A stretch of DNA of 63,906 nt, counting the filler, from a bacterium (GTDB lineage: Bacteria; JADJOY01): NCBI GenBank assembly GCA_046331705.1. It is 4 parts of 4 records of this genome, joined end to end, with 100 filler letters (N's around TTAATTAATTAA, not from the genome) between each part and the next. Parts side by side here need not be neighbours in the genome. Positions count along the whole stretch, not along the records: positions 48,946 to 63,906 come from JAXLQJ010000099.1; 3 more parts are not named here. One strand, given 5' to 3'. The position numbers and the translations under genes are program-made. Shown one piece after another: positions 50,671 through 58,319 of the stretch. Under the pieces are notes generated by a model. The model was not told the origin of the DNA. It saw only the letters and a list, made by a program, of their open reading frames with translations, and did not search any database. Within the stretch, counting starts at the first letter, position 1, and every line of letters begins with the position of its first letter.

Positions 50671-52182
50671 CTACGCGCTCGGCGCGCTGTCGTGGGGCGA
50701 GTGGCAGTCGCAATCGACGTGCTCGGGAGGGTCGCCGGCGCGCTCGACGGAGCGCGTCGCCGACGGCTGGATCGCGCGCTCGCGGAAACGTTTCAGCAAC
50801 GCACCCGCGGCCACCGGCGCGGCGAGCGGCAGGAGGCCGCGCCACGCGGCACGCACGTCGACGCTTCCCTCGCTGGACGCGAGCCGGCCGCACGCCACGG
50901 GATCCTTGAAGAACCCGAACTCCGGATAGCGGCCGCGCAGCACCTCGTCGGAGACGCCGCTGGTGCCGGCGAGGTGATCGATCACCGTGGCCCACAGTCG
51001 TCGGAAGTCGGTGGTCGGCTTGAGCGCGTCCCAGATCCGATTCGGCCGGTCCTCGCCGCCGGGGTCGAGGGTGGGCGGCTCGCCGAAGATGCCGCCGGTG
51101 GCGCGCGTGCCGATGACGATCGCCATGCCGCCCTGGCCGTGGTCGACGCCCTGGTTCTCGTTGGCCGTGACCTGCCGGCCGAACTCGGACGTGATCACCA
51201 CGAACACGTCCTGCTCGCGCGGGTGCCCGGCGAGCGCGGCGAAGAACTTCGTGAGCGCTTCGTTGAGATCGGTGAAGCAGGCGGCTTGGTTGTCGAGCAG
51301 ACCCGAGTGGTGGTCGAAGGTGCCGAACGCCGTGGCGTAGGTCTGGCACGGGATGCCGGCCCGGATCAGCATCGCCACCTGCAGAAGCTGCTCGGTGATG
51401 TACGCGTAGTCGCCGTCGTCGATCGCCGCGTCGTGCGCGGCGGTGACCTGCGCCGAGACGTCGAAGGTGCTGGAGATCAGCTTGGCGGCTTGCTCGTGGA
51501 AACCGCCGCCCACGTGCGTGGCCATCTTCTCGAGCGCCGCGCGCGCGGCCTCGGTGTCGTACCAGGGCAGCGAGTAGCTGAAGTTGGCGGTGTCGTAGAG
51601 CACCAGTGTCGGGCTCGTGCTGCCGACCGCTTCCAGGCGGAGGTCGTAGAGCGACACCGTGGAGAGCGGGTTTCCCGGGTGCACGGCGTCGTTGTAGCGG
51701 CCCATCCATCCGGTGGGCTCGAGCAGGCTCAGGTCGGCGGTCTGCCAGTACTTCATCGAGTTGAAGTGGCTGAAGTCGGCCTTCGTCAGCTCGCCGATGC
51801 CGAGCACGAAGGCGACGTCGAACCGGCTGTTCCACCGGTTCGCGAGCCACGTGAGATTGGGGTGCAGCCGGTAATCGGGGAGATTCGTGAGCGGCAGGCA
51901 GCTTCCCGCGGGCAGCGCGAGCGCGCCGTGGCCGTAGCTGGTGTCGTAGTACCAGGGGTCGTTCACCGGCACGAGCGTGTTGAGGCAGTCGTTGCCGCCG
52001 TCGAGGGTGATCTGGACACAGATCGGAGTGCCGACCGGCAGCGGTGCCCGCATGTGCTCGGCCGCCTGCGCCGCGGAGAGCCCGCCGCGGCTCATCACGT
52101 CGAGGAGGATCGGGCCCGCGGCGGTGCCCACCACCACGCTGCCGGCGGAGCGCAGAAACGAGCGACGGTCGAGGTTCTTCAT
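50671..52182 (-). CDS. DUF1501 family protein with Tat signal
   Basis: MKNLDRRSFL (Tat), LDGGNDCLN, SHF, GWMGR, FDHH, SEFGR, GVDHG and TDFR. Confidence 0.92.
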   Translation of the reverse strand: MKNLDRRSFLRSAGSVVVGTAAGPILLDVMSRGGLSAAQAAEHMRAPLPVGTPICVQITLDGGNDCLNTLVPVNDPWYYDTSYGHGALALPAGSCLPLTNLPDYRLHPNLTWLANRWNSRFDVAFVLGIGELTKADFSHFNSMKYWQTADLSLLEPTGWMGRYNDAVHPGNPLSTVSLYDLRLEAVGSTSPTLVLYDTANFSYSLPWYDTEAARAALEKMATHVGGGFHEQAAKLISSTFDVSAQVTAAHDAAIDDGDYAYITEQLLQVAMLIRAGIPCQTYATAFGTFDHHSGLLDNQAACFTDLNEALTKFFAALAGHPREQDVFVVITSEFGRQVTANENQGVDHGQGGMAIVIGTRATGGIFGEPPTLDPGGEDRPNRIWDALKPTTDFRRLWATVIDHLAGTSGVSDEVLRGRYPEFGFFKDPVACGRLASSEGSVDVRAAWRGLLPLAAPVAAGALLKRFRERAIQPSATRSVERAGDPPEHVDCDCHSPHDSAPSA

Positions 52183-52223
52183 CGGCGGCTCCAGACGCGT
52201 GCGACCACGGCGTCGGTTGGATG

Positions 52224-53543
52224 TCAGTTGAGCAGGAACTCCGGGCACGAGAGCGCGAGCTGCATGAGCCCGCAGGCGCGCCAGATCTCCCATGGGCCGG
52301 CGTTCGAGTAGTCGCGCATCGCCTCGCGCGTTTCCGCGGAGACGTCGTAGAGACAGGCGAGCGTGAGCGCGAGATCGCCTCCGGTCTGCCGCGTTCCTTG
52401 CTGGAAGAGCTGGCGAACGGTGGGGCAGCGCTCGGCGGTCGGCACCGACGCCGAGCCGTCGTCCGAGAAGCACATGCCGTTGATCGTGCCGGACCACTCC
52501 ATCAGGTGACCCGAGTAGAGCCAGGCCGCGCCGTCGGGCCAGCCGTTCACGTTCGGCGCCTCGAACGGGTGCTGGCGCATCAGCGTCAGCGCCCAATCGA
52601 AGTAGAAGCGATCGAGGTTCTGCAGGCCGAGCACGCGCACCGCGCCGATCACCAGCTCGAGGGGGCTCTTGACGCGGCTTCGGATCGCGGCGTCGGACAG
52701 GAACTCGGCGCGATTGGCGATGTGCGAAACCAGCGCCTTCACGTCTCCACTCGGACCCCACGCCGCCGCGAGCTGATCGAGGGTGGCGCCGCTCGGCTCG
52801 AGCCCGGTGAGCAGCCGGTAGATCCGACGCGGCACGTAGTAGCCGTAGGACGGGTGCGTGCGCACCGCGTCCAGCACCTCGTTGAACTTCGCGGCGCCGC
52901 GATTGGACCCGAAGATCGTCTTCGCGCCGGAGTCCCAGTAGCTCGGATCGAAGTACACCTGCTCGGTGTCCCAGTCGAAGTCCCAGCCGGTGATCGCGCG
53001 GGCGATCTCCTTCACGTCGCCCTCGAGGTAGTTCTTGGCGCCGCTCTTCGGGTGGGTGACGCCCAACGAGAAGAGCTCGCAAAGCTCGCGCGCGAGGTTC
53101 TCGTTGGGATGATCGGCGGTCGAGCCGACGTTGCTCAGGTAGAGCTGCATGGGCGTCGACTGCACCACCGAAGCCAGCAGCGACTGATACGAGCCCAGGC
53201 AGCCGCCGCGCAGCCGTTTCACGTGCTCGGCCATCTCGGGGCCGTGGACCGTGTCCGTGTAGGCGATGACGAGCAGGCCCATCATCGTCCACGCCATCCG
53301 CTCCTGAAGCGGGTTGGTGCTGGTGGCCATGAGGGTGAACAGGCGGTTTCGAAACGCCACCTCGTCTTCCCAGGTGCTCATGCCACCGAGCTGCCAGTAG
53401 CCGTTGGTGGTGATGGCGCGATTGAGCAGGTTCGTGACGAGACCTTGGGTGCCGAGGCTCAAACCGGTGGCCATGTCGGCCGAGTTGGGTCCGAGCCCGA
53501 GCCGGCGCCAGACGTGAGCGACTTGTTCTTGGACCGATGCCAT
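52224..53543 (-). CDS. DUF1800 family protein (copy 1)
   Basis: ATG at 53543 after a GAGGAG Shine-Dalgarno. Same motifs and same 1320-nt length as 49294-50613. Confidence 0.9.
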   Translation of the reverse strand: MASVQEQVAHVWRRLGLGPNSADMATGLSLGTQGLVTNLLNRAITTNGYWQLGGMSTWEDEVAFRNRLFTLMATSTNPLQERMAWTMMGLLVIAYTDTVHGPEMAEHVKRLRGGCLGSYQSLLASVVQSTPMQLYLSNVGSTADHPNENLARELCELFSLGVTHPKSGAKNYLEGDVKEIARAITGWDFDWDTEQVYFDPSYWDSGAKTIFGSNRGAAKFNEVLDAVRTHPSYGYYVPRRIYRLLTGLEPSGATLDQLAAAWGPSGDVKALVSHIANRAEFLSDAAIRSRVKSPLELVIGAVRVLGLQNLDRFYFDWALTLMRQHPFEAPNVNGWPDGAAWLYSGHLMEWSGTINGMCFSDDGSASVPTAERCPTVRQLFQQGTRQTGGDLALTLACLYDVSAETREAMRDYSNAGPWEIWRACGLMQLALSCPEFLLN

Positions 53544-53670
53544 GGATCTCCTCGTCCCTGGGGAGGTCGATGCAGCGAGCGCTCGCGATTCAGCCGTGAC
53601 CCGCGTTGCCCTCACGGATGACGGGCGATGACTCAAGCGACTGTCGCAATTGGCAGAAAAATGTTGACGA

Positions 53671-53689
53671 TGTGACGAGAATTGTCACA
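53671..53689. promoter_or_regulatory. Palindromic operator-like site TGTGAC-N7-GTCACA
   Basis: Perfect 6-bp inverted repeat in an AT-rich patch upstream of the DUF1800 operon. An identical copy lies at 55390-55408. Confidence 0.5.
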
Positions 53690-53985
53690 CGGAAGATGTG
53701 TCGCGCGACGGAAATCAAAGAAAATTTTGTGGGAACCGTCATGATGTAGTCAGATGATGTGCATGTTTGACTCCATTGCCATTGTCATGACGGCGAGCCT
53801 CGCGATGATCTGCTCACCCCGTCGTGTGCTGCAGCGCACTGCAGGCGGTACCTGGCGTGAGCGCCGGGACCGTCTCGGAAGCGCCCGCGCCTGGGATGAG
53901 CACCGCCGCCGCCGGATTCGGCGGCGGGGCCTCCTCGTCGGAACCTCGCGTTGCGCGCCGCCACCGCGAACTCTACGATGTTCGC

Positions 53986-54595
53986 GTGCGCCCCCGACAC
54001 CGGCTGCCGATCGTCGCGCTTTGCGCCGAGTTCACAGGCGGTTGCCGATCGAGTGGGCCGAGCGAGACCCGCGGCGCGCCGCCCGCGGACCTGCGCTCGA
54101 GTCTCGCCTCGCAACCGGAGCAGCCAGCGGCCGCCGGTCCCAGCCGCGAGGAGTGGACGCGTCATCTCGAGACGTGGGAACGCGACCTGAGCAGCGCGAG
54201 CGGCTCGCCCGGCGCGAAGCGCCCTCGACGCCCGCGAGCGCGAGCTGATCGCGGAAGCCGAGCGCGCGCCTCCACCGGGGACCCGATGTCGGCGCCTCGT
54301 GCGACGACGTCTACGTGGCGCTGAACGGCGAGGTCGTCAACGAGCTGGATCGAGCGCAAGCACGCGATTCGCAGCGGTGCGGCTCGACGGCGGCGCAGGT
54401 CGTGCGGTGTGATCGACCGCCACCGCGACGAGCGAAATCCTCTTGACGAAAGCGACTACGCGTACGTGGAGGTGAGGCCCGCGATGCCTGCCAGGTCGCG
54501 CCCGACGCGCCGCGGACTTCGTCGCCGCCCTCGGCAGTTGCGCAGCGGTGAGCGCTTCTTCCTGGCGCACGCCCTCGATCACCATCGATGGTTGA
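53986..54595 (+). pseudogene. Frameshifted copy of the 55700-56326 putative lipoprotein gene
   Basis: Fragments RPRHRLPIVALCAEFTGGC...ETWERDL and IDRHRDERNPLDESDYAYVE fall in different frames. Confidence 0.8.
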
Positions 54596-54867
54596 AGCGC
54601 GAAGACCCGCCGATCGCCTGGCCTGGAAACCGCGCGCCGCGCGATCGGACCGGACATCGACCGAGCTGCTCCTCGCTGATCGAGCCGAGCACCAGTCGCC
54701 CCGGGCGCGAGGCCGGCGTGAATCCCGAAGACCGGCGATCGCCGCGTGCCGGTTCGCCCTCCCGGCGGGCGCGCGCGGATGCCGCTTACGGCGGATAGAA
54801 GGCGCCCGCCGTCGTTCGTGGGCGAGGGCTTCTCCGTCTCCGCTACCCACCGCGTGCGGAGTGACAC

Positions 54868-55387
54868 CTACACGTCGTCGTGCACGAGCGCGCGGATCTC
54901 GGGCCTCGCATCCTGCAAGGCTTCCGAAGGGAGCCACGGTGGCATGCGGCGGGCGCGAGCAAGCCACGGTGGCGTCGCTGCGGCAGTTGGAGCACGGGCT
55001 CTCGTCCCAGACGAAAAGTGCCAGCCCCGTCAGTTCCGAGCGGTGTACGTCGGCGTTCCTGAGCATGTGGGCGAATGAGAACACGACCTCGTGCAGCTCT
55101 TGGGGCGAGCGACCACGGTGGGCAGCGGCGATCGACTCGAGGACGCGCTCATCGCCGCGTTGCGCCAGTTCGCGGCGACGAGGTCGATCGTCCGTGCGTC
55201 GCCGCGGCCCGAGAGATGTTTCTCGAGGGCGAACGCCGCGCGGCAGCGCCGGGGTGGCGGACGAGCACGCGTTGCGCGCGATCGCTGACGTACCTGCTGC
55301 TCGCGCCACAGAGTTCCAGCAGCCGCGGATCGAACGCGGCAGATCGCGGCGCTGGAACGCGGCAGAGCAGCGCATGAACCACGCGCG
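54868..55387 (-). pseudogene. Frameshifted 3' fragment of a helical-repeat hypothetical protein with a PCSxCR motif
   Basis: The minus strand reads ELHEVVFSFAHMLRN...LFVWDESPCSNCRSDA, then in another frame DARPEIRALVHDDV-stop. The 5' end is cut by repeat copy B. Confidence 0.5.
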
Positions 55388-56535
55388 GATGTGACGAGAA
55401 TTGTCACACGGAAGATGTGTCGTGAGACGGAAATCAAAGAGAGTTTTGCGAGAGCCGTCATGATGTAGTCAGCTGGCGTGCATGTTTGACTCCATTGCCA
55501 TTGTCATGACGGCGAGCCTCGCGATGATCTGCTCACCCCGTCGTGTGCTGCAGCGCACTGCAGGCGGTACCGGCGAGCGCCGGGACCGTCTCGGAGGCGC
55601 CCGCGCCTGGGATGAGCACCGCCGCCGCCGGATTCGGCGGCGGGGCCCTCGTCGGACCCTCGCGTTGCGCGCCGCCACCGCGAACTCTACGATGTTCGCG
55701 TGCGCCCCCGACACTGGCTGCCGATCGTCGCGCTTTGCGCCGAGCTCACAGGCGGTTGCCGATCGAATGGGCCGAGCGAGACCCGCGGCGCGCCGCCCGC
55801 GGACCTGCGTGCGAGTCTCGCCTCGCAACCGGAGCAGCCAGCGGCCGCCGGTCCCAGCCGCGAGGAGTGGACGCGTCATCTCGAGACGTGGGAACGCGAC
55901 CTGGAGCAGCGCGAGCGGGCGCTCGCCCGGCGCGAGGCGTCCCTCGACGCCCGCGAGCGCGAGCTGATCGCGGAAGCCGAGCGTGCGCGCGCCTCCACCG
56001 CGGACCCGATGCGTCGGCGCGCTTCGTGCGACGACGTCTACGTGGCGCTGAACGGCGAGGTCGCCAACGAGCTGGATCGAGCGCAAGCACGCGATTCGCA
56101 GCGGTGCGGCTCGACGGCGGCGCAGGTCGTGCGGTGTGTGATCGACCGCCACCGCGACGAGCGAAATCCTCTGGACGAAAGCGACTACGCGTACGTGGAG
56201 GGTGAGGCCCGCGATGCCTGCCAGGTCGCGCTCGACGCGCCGCGGGACTTCGTCGTCGTCTTCTCGCAGCTGGTGCGAAGGGGTGAGCGCTCTTCCTTGC
56301 GCACGTTCTCGATCACCATCGAGTAGCCAGCGCGGACCCGCCGATCGGGCCGGTTGGGCGTCCGCGTGCTTCGCGCGATCGGACCGGACATCGACCGAGC
56401 GGTTCGCCGATCGAGCTCGAGCGCCAGTCGCCCCGGGGGCGAGGCCGGCGTGAATCCCGAAGACCGGCGATCGCCGCGCGCCGGCGCTCGCCTCCTGGCG
56501 GTCGCGCGCGGATGCCGCTTACGGCGGATAGAGGC
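55388..56535 (+). repeat. Direct repeat copy B (intact) of ~1.14-kb unit
   Basis: See copy A. This copy contains an intact ORF and its right end overlaps the last codons of the arylsulfotransferase gene. Confidence 0.95.
55700..56326 (+). CDS. Hypothetical secreted/lipoprotein with coiled coil and 4 Cys
   Basis: GTG start 6 nt after a TACGAT -10-like hexamer, weak lipobox LTGGC, heptad-like WERDLEQRERALARREASLDARERELI, and the only intact frame in the repeat. Confidence 0.6.
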   Translation: MRPRHWLPIVALCAELTGGCRSNGPSETRGAPPADLRASLASQPEQPAAAGPSREEWTRHLETWERDLEQRERALARREASLDARERELIAEAERARASTADPMRRRASCDDVYVALNGEVANELDRAQARDSQRCGSTAAQVVRCVIDRHRDERNPLDESDYAYVEGEARDACQVALDAPRDFVVVFSQLVRRGERSSLRTFSITIE

Positions 56536-58273
56536 TGGCGATGCGCTCGGCGCGATAGCCGGTCCAGGGCATCGTGGGGAAGTCCTGGCGGATGGTCATC
56601 TCCCAGATCTTGAAGTTGTCCGAGGGGCGGACCTCGGCGAAGCGCATCCAGCGCAGCCCGAGCGGGATCGCATCCCACACCCCGGCGTCGTCGACCAGCA
56701 CGTTGCCGTTCGGCAGCAAGTTGGTGTCGCCCGAGAAATAGCTGAAGATCGGCGGGCTCCACGTGGGGTCGATCCAGCTCCAGTCCTCGTGGACGGTCAT
56801 GGCGTTGGTGTCGATCGAGTAGATCACCGGCCGGCTCGAATGCGGCAGCTCGGCGCGATCGGTGCCGTTGTCGTAGACCAGGATGCGCCCGTCGGGCAGA
56901 AGCTGCGGCGCGTGCTGGTGGCTCGGCAGCATCCCGCCGCCCACCAGGGTGAGGAACGGCCAGTCGTCGTCGCCGCTCGTGCTCGGCAGGTCGGCGCCGA
57001 TCACCCACACGAGCTGCTTGGTCTGGCGGTCCACCTTGAAGATCAGGTCCTGATTTCGCGACGAGACGATGAAGTTGCCGTCGCTCGGGTCGTAGACCAC
57101 CGCGTTCAGGTGGCTCCAGTCCTCGGTGTGAATGCCGAAGACGCTGTCCCATTGCCCGTAGTCGAACGAGACCCAATACGGGATTCGGTACGGGTCGAGC
57201 AGGTCGAACATGTTGATCCGGTCGACCACTTGCCCGCTCGGCGTGAACTCGATGATGACGTCGCCGACGATGTTGTAGGTGATGTTGCTCGGCGGATAGC
57301 CGCCGATCGCCCGCAGCTCGATCCCGAGCGTCACGAAGTTGCCGTTGGGAAGCTCGATGATCTCGTGATGGGTCTCACCCGCTCCCAGCGAGTTCGACGT
57401 CCAGGTACGCGTGACCTGTCCCAGCATGTCGACTTCTTTGATCTTGTCCGCCAGGTAGATGATGTTGCCGTTGGCGCGGCGCAGGAACGCCGAGATCTGC
57501 ACCGCCGGCGCTTCCATCAGGTACCAGACGAGCTTTCCCTGCGCGTCGACCGCGTAGAAGCCGCCCGTCGGCGTGTTGCCGTAGTTCGCGCAGAAGAGCG
57601 TGACCCCCGGCTGCATCAGCGCGGTCTCGGCGGTCTTGATCTTGACGGGCAGCGTCTGGAACCCAGCGGGATACGCGCGGGTGTTCCACAGGAACGATTG
57701 CCAGCGCGGCGTGCCGCTCACGTCGACCTGCAAGGTGAAGTTGTAGCTGGTCGCCGCCTGCAGACCGAGGACCATGAGCTTGTGATGGGTGCCGGGATGC
57801 GTCGAGAGAATGCCGCTCGTCGGCACCCACCACGAACCGCTCGAGCTCTGCACCTGTAGCGTGGGAGTCGTGGACACCGTCGAGTCGAACTCGACCACGG
57901 CGCTCAGGACGCTGGTGGGGCCCTCGCTGATGGTGACGTTCTGGATCGGCAAGCTGGCGTCGATGGCGAGCGGCAACGAGGACGACGCGACACCATCGAC
58001 TTGCACCACCACGGGGTAAGTGCCGCTCGGCTTCGCCGCCGGCAGCACCGCCTTGACGAGCGTGTCGGACCAGCTCGCGATCGCGAGCGACGTGCCGTCG
58101 AGGAGCACGGCGTCGGTGGCGTCGTTGGTCGCGCCGAACCCGGTGCCGGTGATGGTGATGGTGGTGCCGGGCAGCGCCGGGCTCGGCGACACCGAGGTCA
58201 CGGTATGACACCCCGTTAGCATCGCGACGCACGCGAGCGCGCTGGCCAGGATCCCCGAACGAGCTCTCGTCAT
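56519..58273 (-). CDS. Aryl-sulfate sulfotransferase (ASST) lipoprotein with N-terminal IPT/TIG domain
   Basis: Lipobox LTGC, ITITGTGFG...SWSDT (IPT/TIG), and propeller motifs THHE, DWSHLN, SSRNQ, HQHAP and YDNG. Confidence 0.88.
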   Translation of the reverse strand: MTRARSGILASALACVAMLTGCHTVTSVSPSPALPGTTITITGTGFGATNDATDAVLLDGTSLAIASWSDTLVKAVLPAAKPSGTYPVVVQVDGVASSSLPLAIDASLPIQNVTISEGPTSVLSAVVEFDSTVSTTPTLQVQSSSGSWWVPTSGILSTHPGTHHKLMVLGLQAATSYNFTLQVDVSGTPRWQSFLWNTRAYPAGFQTLPVKIKTAETALMQPGVTLFCANYGNTPTGGFYAVDAQGKLVWYLMEAPAVQISAFLRRANGNIIYLADKIKEVDMLGQVTRTWTSNSLGAGETHHEIIELPNGNFVTLGIELRAIGGYPPSNITYNIVGDVIIEFTPSGQVVDRINMFDLLDPYRIPYWVSFDYGQWDSVFGIHTEDWSHLNAVVYDPSDGNFIVSSRNQDLIFKVDRQTKQLVWVIGADLPSTSGDDDWPFLTLVGGGMLPSHQHAPQLLPDGRILVYDNGTDRAELPHSSRPVIYSIDTNAMTVHEDWSWIDPTWSPPIFSYFSGDTNLLPNGNVLVDDAGVWDAIPLGLRWMRFAEVRPSDNFKIWEMTIRQDFPTMPWTGYRAERIASLYPP

Positions 58274-58319
58274 CGCGTCGATTCCTCTCGTGGAGCGGGT
58301 CGGGTTCAACGACGACGGG

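Larger units (their letters stand above)
53669..54803 (+). repeat. Direct repeat copy A (decayed) of ~1.14-kb unit
   Basis: Colinear with 55388-56535 from GATGTGACGAGAATTGTCAC to GCCGCTTACGGCGGATAGA, with many 1-4 nt deletions and substitutions. Confidence 0.95.

Noticed and set aside
53671-53689. CRP/FNR box
   Set aside because: The TGTGA and TCACA half-sites are 9 nt apart, not 6. Kept only as an unassigned dyad.
55455-55505. Minus-strand GGCAATGGAGTC...GCTGACT resembling a fluoride riboswitch
   Set aside because: It lacks the complementary strand for the 5' GGCAA and the GCTGATGAC-YCC pseudoknot partner, and no fluoride-related gene is downstream.
55530-55618. Minus-strand CTCATC...GGTGAG resembling SAM-I P1
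   Set aside because: The core SAM-I elements (AGA after AUC, GCAAC, kink-turn) are not present.
53669-56535. Insertion sequence or composite transposon
   Set aside because: No transposase ORF, terminal inverted repeats or target-site duplication are visible.
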